From Stramenopiles sp. TOSAG23-2 (Eukaryota), in assembly GCA_900128395.1 (NCBI GenBank), contig LT649252.1, forward strand, positions 1-59,964: a stretch of DNA of 59,964 nucleotides. Reading direction: 5' to 3'. A program made the position numbers and the translations under genes. Positions 49,468 through 59,964 of the stretch are shown piece by piece (position 1 is the stretch's first letter; each line of letters opens with the position of its first letter). Below the pieces are notes generated by a model that was not told the origin of the DNA, ran no database searches, and saw nothing but the letters and a program-made list of their open reading frames with translations.

Positions 49468-50734
49468 AGAAGAAGATGAAGGTGAAGAATTAGTAACGAT
49501 ATTAAATATTTTTAATGGGCAAATATTAAAATTGGTGCCATTTAGAGAATTTCCTCTCTCAAGATTTTTAGATTTACAATACAATAATCTTGTGGCAAGT
49601 AGTTTCAACGCTAATAATAAATATGATGTAATAAAGCCGGAAATCATTATATGGAATATGAAAACGTCAGAAGAACTTGGTCGTTTAGATTGCAGTACGT
49701 TAGATAATGATAATGATGATGCAAAAGCAGAAACAAAAGTAGATAAAAAACTATCAAACAACAATAAAAAAATGAAATTTGTAAACCAACTTGCTTTTAT
49801 CTTACCATCATCCAATGATAGTAGTGACAACAAAACAAATAAATCAAAGAGAAAAATTGTTGTACTTCATGATGATGACACTTTATCTGTATGGAATTTG
49901 GATACGCATGAATGTCTATATTCTACAGAAGAGCCTATCAATTGCAATGAATCAATGATTGCATTGCATTATGATAATAATACAAAATCTATCCTTTTGA
50001 TCGGAGAAAAAGAGGAAGAGGAGGAGAAAAAAGATATTGATGCTACTGTTGCTGTTAAGCCATCACGATATGGTGTATATGATTGGGATGACTCAAAACA
50101 AATACTAGCAAAAAAATGTATAATACATTTAGCGGGTCCGGTTGAAAGAAATATAGAAGATAATGGATGTCACGAACACTTTGGGGATGCAGGAAAAGGC
50201 GAGCTGGTTTGTTGTTATAATCCTTTGGATGGCGATTCCACTATAGGAGCTATTCATATACGATTATACAATATTCTTCAAATGATTGATGGTATTAATA
50301 ATAATACTGTAGATACCATGAATATAAGTACAATTTCAAGCATTGCTACAGATTCATGTATTGAAAGCGAACGTAAAGAGATTGATGTAATGGCATTTGC
50401 TTCATGTCCTACGTTTCGTTGGGTCGGATTTGGAGAATTTTTTGGATTAAAAGTTTACAATATAGATACATTTGAATTAACATTAGTCGTTGCAAAGGGG
50501 GATGTAACATTTGATATGAAATTTTTTGCAATTCAAGCTGATGATGCTGGAGAAGAAATTGAAACGGAAGAAGAACTTGATTTTTTACAAACATTGATCC
50601 ATCCGATGAATGAAGAAAATGATGATAGTAATATTGCTGCTGTTGATAATGCACAGCAGAAGAGGAAAGTACGTTCTTTTCTTGCAGCACATGATCAACG
50701 TGGGACATTAAGCTGTTGGGAATTACCAGTGTGA
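48002..50734 (+). CDS. TIR/HET-like + WD40 protein, second copy
   Basis: Translation identical to 31351-34083. Confidence 0.7.
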
Positions 50735-50979
50735 GTCGTTGTTGAGCTTTTATATTTAATATATATTTATATATTAAAATATTTAATAAAATATTTCTTT
50801 TTTTGATGATTTTCTAATACCTTTTTAAGTATGATATTAGGTCATTTGATAGGGTCATCAAGCTCACAACAATACCAAAAATAAATCGTCGTCGATCGAC
50901 TAAAACTTCAAAATAATAATAATAAATGAATAAATGGTATTCTATATGTACACATTTACTTGATTTGAATAAACATTGA

Positions 50980-51016
<37 letters not shown>

Positions 51017-51164
51017 CAGAGATAAAGATAAACAATATCTAAAAAACATCAAAACGAAAGAAGAGATACACACACATAAGACAGTATTATATATATATAT
51101 TTATTTATTCATATATTTATTTGTTTATATATATATTGAGAATCGTTTTATCGGTATATTTTAA

Positions 51165-51470
51165 ATGGCGTCGTTAGTTACTGATGATAATGATACGACA
51201 ACAACAAGAAGAAGAAGAACAACTACTGAAGCATCCGAACTTCCACATTTTGAAGATTTACGTGGTATATTACAAATATGTAGTGGTATTGATACAAAAC
51301 CAGGTATCATATCATATTTTGATGATGATATACATGCAGTGATAAATATGTTTGCAAAAACAAGTACAAAATTTCTTGAATATGAACCATTGCGTCAAAA
51401 ATATTTTAAAGTTATACATATAAGAAATTCGTCTAATTATAAATCTTTCTATTTACACATATGGATATAA
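51165..51470 (+). CDS. Short hypothetical ORF, second copy
   Basis: Translation identical to 34503-34808. Confidence 0.35.
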   Translation: MASLVTDDNDTTTTRRRRTTTEASELPHFEDLRGILQICSGIDTKPGIISYFDDDIHAVINMFAKTSTKFLEYEPLRQKYFKVIHIRNSSNYKSFYLHIWI

Positions 51471-51817
51471 TTACAAATTCATATAATAAATTGTTATCCA
51501 AAATTATAAATCTTTTTTCTATTTACACTTATACAGATATTGATATACAAACACACACACATATATATATATAACAAATTCCTCCAATGATCTCAATGAA
51601 TGACTATCTCTATGGAAACATTGAACACACATATATGTACATTTATGCAATACAAAAATCACATGAAAAATAAATTTTACAAAAAAGGAAATTGTTTATG
51701 TCGGTTGTTTTAAGGTAAAATGAACATTTGATGATATATAGGTGGGTAATAAATATTGTACTGGTTAGTATATAAATTATGTAAATCTTTAAATTTCACA
51801 CCACTGTTTTTATATTT

Positions 51818-52888
51818 CTACAACGATGCTTGTGGAGCAAGACCAATTTTCAATGCATTACGGACAAGTGTTTGAAAGACTGGATGCAACCATGAACCAG
51901 GAAAATCCTCTTGTGCATCGTAAACATGATCTTTATGTTTTTTATGTGGTCGTTTTGCATTTGGATTTGCACTTTTATGTACATACGTCTGCCCACCACT
52001 GTTGGAGCGTAGCGTATGAATGAGTGGTGTGTTAGAGGATGGGTTTTTTTTTTTTTTTTGATTTAGGGGAATAGAATTTACTTACTTAGGTTGTTTTGGA
52101 CTATGCGTATGACCTAAACCCATATATATCACTTTTCCTTTCCCAATCTTTCTTTCATATCCAATCGCTAATGTAGATCCATTAGGTCCTTCCAATGCTG
52201 GATGCACATCATATTTAAAACCAAATGGTGGGGTACGTACTGATTCATCCGTTCGTTGCGTCGTCAAGAAAACATTTGTATTTGGTTTATCTTGCAATTC
52301 AATCAAATACACTTCATCAATTGTTTCAAATGTATTTGGCAAGCCATCAGTCAAATGCTTTACACTGTCATCATGTGAAACATCAACATTAAATTTTATA
52401 TGTGGTGGATGATTTAAAAATGCTCCACCCATTAATTCATGGTATTTAAATTTCTTGATACGTCGCCAATTACCTTCACCTTTTCTTGGTTTTTCCGCAA
52501 AGCCACCAGCACTTCCATGAAAACTAACCCAAGTGCCACCGTTCATTAAAAATGCTTCTAAAACTTCTGTTTCTTCTTCATTTGGTAATGGTCCAGCTGT
52601 ATATGTAACTAACATATTCGCTTGTTTTAGAAATGCTTCTAGTTGACTATACGAAGAAGCAACTGTACTTGCATATCCTAACTCAGACAAATAATTTAAT
52701 AATTGAAGACGTACAAAATCCATATCATGCAATGCTATCATTTGTGTGTTTGTAAACAATAATTAATTATATTAAATGTTAGTTCATCTACTTTATATAT
52801 AATATTAGATACATCATGTATACTTACCATGTTTACCATATGGAAATCCCCCAATAACGACGTGTGCTTTTGGTACTTTTGGATTCAT
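51818..52888 (-). CDS. ThuA-like protein, second copy (three exons)
   Basis: Same sequence and splice sites as 35156-36226 at offset 16662. Confidence 0.85.
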
Positions 52889-53270
52889 CTTACTACAGTA
52901 CAGTATTTATATACGTATAAAATAAAGTTTTTTTTTTTCTTTTTCCTCCTCCTCTATTGGTATTTCTATATATATTTCTATATTCCCTGCCCTGATGTGT
53001 AGGGGTTTCAAAGGAAATAAATTAAAGGAAATAAATTATATAAAAAATAAGGAATAATGTTTATCTTAGAATATATTATATATGTACAAGTTTTTATAGT
53101 GTTATTTTATGTCATATGTCTATTTTATTATAAGGGTACAGTGTACACATCAAAGGGTAGGTAAAGATTAATTAACTTCTGTAACTAGTCTTTTTTCCTA
53201 TCAAAATGTTGTTAAGTAGGATTTCCGGACGCTGAGTACCTGTGTAGGCGTAAACGATTTTCAGAAATTA

Positions 53271-53667
53271 AAAAACGGGAGTGTCAGAAAAGATCCCATT
53301 TATTAGTCTAATTTCCTATCAAAATTTTTTCAAGCAACAATTTGGTAATTACCAAAATGTCCAAAAAATATTAAAAAACGCAACAAATATTAAAAAACGG
53401 GAGTGTCAGAAAAGATCCCATTTATTAGTCTAATTTCCTATCAAAATTTTTTCAAGCAACAAACGGGAGTGTCAGAAAAGATCCCATTTATTAGTCTAAT
53501 TTCCTATCAAAATTTTTTCAAGCAACAATTTGGTAATTACTTTTTTTGCAAAAAGGTGGCCATTTTTTTTTGCAAAAAGGTGGCCGAAAACGGGAGTGTC
53601 AGAAAAGATCCCATTTACTAGTCTAATTTCCTATCAAAATTTCCTCAAGCAACAATTTGTTAATTAC
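53271..53667. repeat. Four irregularly spaced copies of a ~70-80-bp unit
   Basis: aaacgggagtgtcagaaaagatcccatttattagtctaatttcctatcaaaatt near 53273, 53395, 53461 and 53588; spacer tttttttgcaaaaaggtggcc occurs twice. Confidence 0.9.
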
Positions 53668-53675
53668 AAAATGGC

Positions 53676-54300
53676 AATTAATTTCAATACTATGTGCCTA
53701 CTAATGTTTAGTAATGCAACTAAATATTCCGACAGCTTTTAGCCGGTGGTGGAATATACAGTGAAAACAGTTGATCATTGAAATAACAGGGACGTAGCAT
53801 TGTATTGGTTGCAAACGGACATAATAATAGAACTAAGTAGATTTATTATTTATAATAATATTAATACCGATGTGTTTCGTGTTTGTTTTACTATTACTTG
53901 TAGTAGATATACAAAACACAGAGAAGAAAATCTTGTATAGAATAAAGTTTTAAATACAATAAAAGGATTGAAATAAAAAAATAAATATAAAAGAAACAAA
54001 ACCAGAACAATTCAATTATATATAAATAAAAGAACTGTAAGAAAATCCCCACATTAGAAGTTGATTATACAAGCAGTCAATATATACATATAGCATTTAC
54101 AAATCAATCAATATAATAAAAAAGTTAATTCTTCATAATATACCCCATTCTTTCCGACAGCCTTTCTATTTCTGTGCTATCGGAAGAAATACACCTATAA
54201 AATTCAATATTTCTATTTGTTGCTGTACAATACGAAAAACAACATTAGTAGGTACATAGAACTGAGGTATATTAGTAGGCACGTAGCATTGAAATTAATT
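53676..54300. mobile_element. Candidate MITE bounded by 30-bp inverted repeats
   Basis: 53676-53705 aattaatttcaatactatgtgcctactaat versus reverse complement of 54271-54300 aattaatttcaatgctacgtgcctactaat (28/30); non-coding AT-rich interior. Confidence 0.5.
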
Positions 54301-54903
54301 AGCGATAATCAATTGAAACACCCTCCTTAAACCATTATTTTGACAGCCAGTGAGGATGTATTGTTGGGGCAGGGGTCCTCGCCTTCCACGGCGTTTGTAA
54401 CTTAATATTAATATTAATACTGCTGATTGATACAGTATGAACCTGCTGCCTCTTCCTTACTATTTACACTCTGTATTTTTATACCTTTATTTCTTTTATT
54501 TATATTCCTGGCCCCTATAAATAAAATGGCCTTCTGGCCTTCCATCAGGCCTTTACCTTCCAGCCTTCTCTGGCATGGCCTTCTGGCCTTCCATTTTAAT
54601 TTTTATTCTAATTCCGGATTTTTGTTGTGCACTTGTTGTTGTGTGTTGAGCTGTTGTTGTTGTTGTTGTCGGATGATACAGTATTATATCCCGATATACG
54701 ACACGTATTATAATATACATATATATATATTATTTAATACGATGAAATATATGAAATTATAGCAATGTACACACAGATTCGTGCCTTATTGAACAAACAA
54801 ACTATAAACCTATACTAGTTTTCTTTATTATATATATTTAAATATACATATATCTCCCTCTCGAAAAAATTATTATATACAACAACTATAAAAATAATAA
54901 AAG

Positions 54904-57862
54904 ATGAACCATGCCATTGTTAAAGCAATTAGTTCTGGTGATACGTTGTTATTAATGGGACAAAAAGCATCAAGCAACGGTCCACCACCAGAAAAATCTA
55001 TTACCTTATCAAGTCTCATGGCACCAAAATTGGGTTATGGTTAAAGCAATTAGTTCTGGTGATACGTTGTTATTAATGGGACAAAAAGCATCAAGCAACG
55101 GTCCACCACCAGAAAAATCTATTACCTTATCAAGTCTCATGGCACCAAAATTGGGTTATGGTGATACAAGACCTGATGAACCATTTGCATTCCAATCACG
55201 AGAGTTTTTGCGTAAATTATTAATAGGCAAAAAAGTACAATTTAAAATTGAATATTCCGTACCTGCTATTAAAAGAGATTTTGGTGCGGTATATTTTAAT
55301 GGACAAAGCGTTTGTAAAGAAGTTGTTAAAAATGGATGGGCAAGTGTGAAAAGTTTAGAAAAAAGCCGTGATGGTGTAAGTGAAGATTTTGATGAATTGC
55401 AAAATTTACAAGAAAGCGCAAGGTCATCTAAATTAGGTATGTGGGGTCCAACACCTTCCACAGTACCAAACCGTCGTGGTGCATTTAATGCAGATGAATT
55501 ATTTCAAGAAGTTGAAAATAAACCATTAGCTGCTGTTGTTGAATGGGTACGTGATGCAGGCTCTGCACGTTGTTACATACCATCGAAAAACATTACCGTT
55601 ATGGTTAATATGGCAGGTGTGCAAACACCTAGACTAGCTCGTAATGTGCAACCAGGTGTAGTAAGAACAACGGCACCTCCTGCCCCATCAACCGCATCAA
55701 ATAATAAAGCACCTTTGCCATCAACAACAACTGCTGATCCAGTATTAATGCCAGCTGAACCATTTGCAGCTCAAGCAAAACATTTCGTGGAAGTACGCTT
55801 GTTACATCGTGATGTATGTGTTCGTTTACATGCTGTTGATAGAAACGATTCTTTTTTTGGGTCTATTGAGCATCCAGCTGGTGATATACGCCAAGTACTT
55901 TTGACGAATGGTTTAGCAAAATGTAGTGATTGGTCCATTCGTTTCTTGCAATTAAAAAGTGCATCTGCATTACGTTCAGCAGAAAAATCTGCTAAAAATA
56001 AACGTTTAAATGTATGGAAATCATATGTTCCACCTACTATTCATGGTGATAAAGAATTTGTTGGTACAGTTGGTGAATGTATTAGTGCAGATACATTTAT
56101 CATTTTAGTAGGTGATCCAAAGCGTAGTAAAATTGGTACTCGAGAAGCTAGACGCATTTCATTGTCAAGTGTTCGTACACCACGACTAGGTCGTAGAGAT
56201 CGTGATGAAGCTGAACCATGGGCATTTCAAAGCAAGGAGTACATGAGAAATTTATTAATAGGCAAATCAGTACGTGTAACTGTTGAATACACACGTTCAT
56301 CAAATAATAATAATAATAAAGAAGGTACAACAGCAACAGCAACTACGTTGCCACCACGTGTATATGCTACTATTAAATTGCAAAATAAATCCAAACGTAA
56401 TGTTGCTGAATCATTAATTGGGGAAGGCTTAGGCGAAGTAACTCGACATCGTCAAGGTGAAGAACGCTCAGGGGAATACGATAAATTATTAGCAGCTGAA
56501 GCAAAGGCAAAACAAACCAAAAAAAATATGCATTCTGGTAAAGATGCACCAATTGTACGCATTAACGATATTTCACGAAGTGCACAAAAAGCAAAGCAAT
56601 TCTTTCCATTTTTACAACGAAATCGAAATACAAAAGCAATTGTAGAATACGTTTATAGTGCAAGCCGCATGCGATTGTTTGTTCCAGAACAAAATTGTAT
56701 TTGTAATTTTGCAATGATTGGTATTCGCACACCAAATTCTTCAAGACCACCTAGAGATGGACAACCAGGAAGGGAAGCAGAACCATTCGCACGTGAAGCT
56801 AATTTGTTGACTCGGGAGACTATTTTACAACGGGAAGTTATTATTGATACGGAAGATATTGATAAAATGGGAACATTCCTTGGTGGTTTATATTATGCTT
56901 CTGGTAGAAATAAGCGTAATTTACTTGCTAGTGAATTGCTAGAAAATGGATATGGTAAAATTTTACACTTTAGTGCTGAACGATCAACGACATATGATGA
57001 ATTATTATCCTCCGAGGAGATTGCAAAAAGTGCACGTTTAAATATATGGAAAAATTTTGATGCGGAAGAACGAGAACGATTAAAACGTCGTGAAGATGCT
57101 GAAGCAAATAATGGTTCAGGATCATCAACAACTGATTGTCGGGATGTTGTTATTTCACATATGAATGATGCAACTGATTTCTACTTGCATTATACACTAT
57201 CAGAAAAAGATAATTTAAATGATTTGAGTGCTAAAATGAAAGCATATGCAACTGAAGTTGCTCCATTTGTTAGCCCAGCAAAACATGCATTTTGTGCTGC
57301 TCCATATGATGAAGGTAATGGCATTGAATGGTATAGAGGAAGAATTGAGGAATTAGTGAAAAATCCAAAAAATGGAACTCAAAATGCACGCATCTTGTTC
57401 ATTGATTATGGAAACACTGCAAATGTACCAGTCGCAAAATTGAAAACATTATCACCGGAATTACTTAGTATCAAACCATTGGCACATGCAGCAAAATGTG
57501 CATTTGTTAAAATACCAACATTAGATGATGAATATGGTGAAGATGCTGCTATTGCATTTGATAAAATGGCATGGGGGAAAGATTTAGTTGCCATCATACA
57601 TAGTCGTGATAATGAAGCTAGGGATATTGTGACATTGCAATATAAAGAAGATTTAGAATCAACGATTACGGAAGGTATGCTTAAACAAGGCTTTGCACGT
57701 TTAAATCGTAATTACAAAAGGGAAATTCGTTCATCTGATGTGGATAAAACTATTGAACGACTTTTTGAATCATTTGATAATGCACAAAACGTAGCAAAGG
57801 GAAAACATTATGGTATGTGGAGGTATGGTGATATTGATAGTGATGAGGAAGGTGGGATTTAA
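54904..57862 (+). CDS. SND1: Tudor staphylococcal nuclease (Tudor-SN/p100); 5' end carries a frameshifting 121-bp tandem duplication
   Basis: MNHAIVKAISSGDT from 54904; repeated SN motifs (DEPFAFQSREFLRK, EPFAAQAKHFVE, EPWAFQSKEY, EPFAREA), Tudor WYRGRI...LFIDYGN, end GMWRYGDI. Intact ORF from ATG 55037. Confidence 0.95.
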
Positions 57863-58108
57863 GCAGAGATTTTTTAGTGTTTTTACGCTAGGAGAAAATT
57901 TGTTTTTTACACAGAGAGATGTACGTATCACATGTGCATCATGTGTAATTGTGCATCTAAAAATACTGAAAAAAAATATATAAAAAATAATATTTATTAT
58001 ATTTATATATACTCGTACAACATACGAAGTACTTCGTATATATGCATACATCTCATAAATATTTTAAAAATATTTTAGTTTTTCAGTTTTTCATTTTTAT
58101 AGGGGAGA

Positions 58109-59824
58109 CTAAGACCACTTATCACCACTATTACCACCACCATAATACGGGTCACTACCAGGCTCGCTATAAGGGTCTACCGTGGGGCGCATAACACCAC
58201 CAGAACCACCACCACCGCCGCCACCACCACCGCCAGCTAATGGTTCAACCAAAGCGTCTCTCATAATTTCTTCACCATAAATAATTGTAAATATCCCCAT
58301 TAAAGCAAATCCTAGATATGCAACCAGAGAAGCATTGCGATGCTTCATTAAATTATCAATATTATCCTTTCCACATAAAATTCTAAAATAAAAACGTGCT
58401 TCATTTATTTCAAAGAAGTTAGGTTTTGCAGGTGGTACTAATTTTAAATCCCCAGTTAAATTGTCAATAATTGGCCTTGCAAGTATAACAACATCAAAGT
58501 AATTAGGTATACCTAGTTCTACAATACGAAAACAATTTTCAGAATCTCTTTTCTTCTTCATTTTGTCATAGCCCCAATATGTATACTCTTGATGTCGTGA
58601 ATTTTCGTTATTTGTAACAGCAATTCTTCTTTTAAATTCAGTGTAGTTTACTTCCTCAACATTTTTAAAACTTGACCAAGACCCGGGATTATTATCATAA
58701 AATCCGTTTGGATGAAACATCCAACCATTTGGTACTAATCTTCCAATTTCATCAAGTGCATTGATATAACGGTGGTTTTTTTTTCTAAGTGACAATGCAT
58801 CGTTTTTGTTTTTATCTTCAACTATTCTGCGAGGAGGGGCGGGCGGGATAAATCTACCATCGTCAGTTCTGGAAGATTGGTCTACATGAATAAATTTACT
58901 TAAATGTGTCAAAGATTTATCGGCATTTGCTACACCCATATTACTGAATGAAAGCCATTTTTTAAATTCCTTCATTGGATCCGGAACAGAAAGAAAAAGT
59001 GAGGGTGAATCATTCGTTTCTAATTCCCTAATCCCATACTCTGGTAATTCAATATCTGCTGTATTTCTTGATGATCGGTCGTCGTCAATAAAATAGAGGC
59101 CATCACTTACCCGGCGATGATGAAAAACATTAAAACGTCCTTTTCTCGCATCCCTTTCATACCTTATTGGTTTATCTTTCTTTTTAATTTGCCTTGCTTC
59201 ACAACCAAGCCGTGTAATGAAAGTTTCTGAAATAATCAATCCGTTATTCATATTGTCAGGATTTAATACAATATCACGTTGGTGTTCAGTCGTTTCGCGC
59301 ATTGAAAAATCATCTTCGACCACTTCAATATCATCATGCTTGATACCATATTTTTCAAAAAAGGGTTTTGTTGGCACTGGTGATTTACCTTTCAAAACAT
59401 CGCTCCCCAGACGTAGAAATAAATTTTCAGGTTGATTTACTTTACCTATGAACGGTATTAATTTTGAACACTCTGAAGCTAATGATTTCACAGGTGCACC
59501 ATGTGATGCCAAATTTCCACGTAATAACACTTGCGAAGGTAAGTTGCCTTTTCTTGATATTTCTTTTAATTTTTTAATTGTCATATTTTCCTCCCACATT
59601 TTTAAGAGTAATGATTTCTCCAATCTTGTTCGATTCAAAGAACGCGCAGCAAAAGCTAATGCTAATCCACCAATGACAACTTTCAATGCCCCTTCCTGGT
59701 AGTTGGCTCTAGGATTATCATATTTCGTCTCTCCATTTTTATCTTCGTAAGGCCTTGGAGCTCTAAATTTGAATCCAAACATTTTTGATGGGTTTACCAT
59801 GTCCGAAATAGAAGGCGTTGCCAT
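58109..59824 (-). CDS. Uncharacterised two-TM membrane protein, possibly GIDE-like (MUL1/SP1 intermembrane domain) without a RING
   Basis: 571-aa ORF; TM near each end; VLLRGNLASHGAPVKS and FRIVELGIP...VVILARP loosely resemble the GIDE ends; Gly-rich tail. Family call weak. Confidence 0.55.
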   Translation of the reverse strand: MATPSISDMVNPSKMFGFKFRAPRPYEDKNGETKYDNPRANYQEGALKVVIGGLALAFAARSLNRTRLEKSLLLKMWEENMTIKKLKEISRKGNLPSQVLLRGNLASHGAPVKSLASECSKLIPFIGKVNQPENLFLRLGSDVLKGKSPVPTKPFFEKYGIKHDDIEVVEDDFSMRETTEHQRDIVLNPDNMNNGLIISETFITRLGCEARQIKKKDKPIRYERDARKGRFNVFHHRRVSDGLYFIDDDRSSRNTADIELPEYGIRELETNDSPSLFLSVPDPMKEFKKWLSFSNMGVANADKSLTHLSKFIHVDQSSRTDDGRFIPPAPPRRIVEDKNKNDALSLRKKNHRYINALDEIGRLVPNGWMFHPNGFYDNNPGSWSSFKNVEEVNYTEFKRRIAVTNNENSRHQEYTYWGYDKMKKKRDSENCFRIVELGIPNYFDVVILARPIIDNLTGDLKLVPPAKPNFFEINEARFYFRILCGKDNIDNLMKHRNASLVAYLGFALMGIFTIIYGEEIMRDALVEPLAGGGGGGGGGGSGGVMRPTVDPYSEPGSDPYYGGGNSGDKWS

Positions 59825-59912
59825 ATTTATAAAATAGTATATACAAGATTAAGTGGTGATTATTACCGTTGTTATTGTTCTGGAATACTGACAGTGTATA
59901 TTTATATTCAAT

Positions 59913-59964
59913 TAGCATATTATTCTTGTGATTGAGTATTGAGCATATTATTTACCACGGGAAG
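59913..59964 (+). repeat. Window ends inside a repeat also present at 38343-38394
   Basis: atattattcttgtgattgagtattgagcatattatttaccacgggaag versus atattattcttgcgattgagtgttgagcatattatttaccacgggaag (2 mismatches). Confidence 0.85.

Larger units (their letters stand above)
39569..52922 (+). repeat. Large duplicated segment, copy 2
   Basis: Matches 22815-36260 apart from the 103-bp duplication and a GATA-region indel, as far as checked by eye. Confidence 0.97.

Noticed and set aside
53271..53667. CRISPR-like repeat-spacer array
   Set aside because: Repeats are too long, and spacers are irregular, self-repetitive and in one case absent.
54427..54762. 111-aa Cys-rich ORF upstream of SND1
   Set aside because: Non-ATG start; the Cys run comes from a (tgt)n tract in a promoter-like region.
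1..59964. Alternative genetic code, viral or prokaryotic origin, tRNA or rRNA genes
   Set aside because: Conserved proteins translate fully in the standard code, spliceosomal introns are present, and no viral hallmark gene or convincing tRNA/rRNA was seen by eye.

Overview
AT-rich, gene-dense, intron-poor eukaryotic nuclear DNA in the standard genetic code with short GT-AG introns. The ribosomal proteins and gene set suggest a flagellated protist, possibly a stramenopile (inference only). Recognisable genes: a DRAM/Frag1-type membrane protein, an FN3 protein, head-to-head RPS10/RPS8, an EF-hand/coiled-coil protein, MPI, LRRC9, FZR1/CDH1, a 2OG-Fe(II) oxygenase ending SKL, a DEP-TM-EDR2_C protein, a two-pore channel, SF3A2, a TIR/HET-like + WD40 protein, a bacterial-type ThuA-like gene with two introns, Tudor-SN, and a GIDE-like membrane protein. 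About 13.4 kb (22815-36260) is repeated almost exactly at 39569-52922, separated by a 3.3 kb filler of gene stubs and repeats. Microhomology junctions, an inverted MPI fragment at the window start, three ~100-bp tandem duplications and two homopolymer frameshifts suggest amplification chimeras or misassembly, though a real duplication is not excluded. I cannot demonstrate a new biological system. The best leads are a dispersed non-coding element family carrying a 21-bp unit expanded from 1 to 24 copies, the TIR/HET-like WD40 protein, a candidate MITE, a shared promoter motif, and the intron-containing ThuA-like gene. All family calls are from motif recognition by eye; no searches were run.
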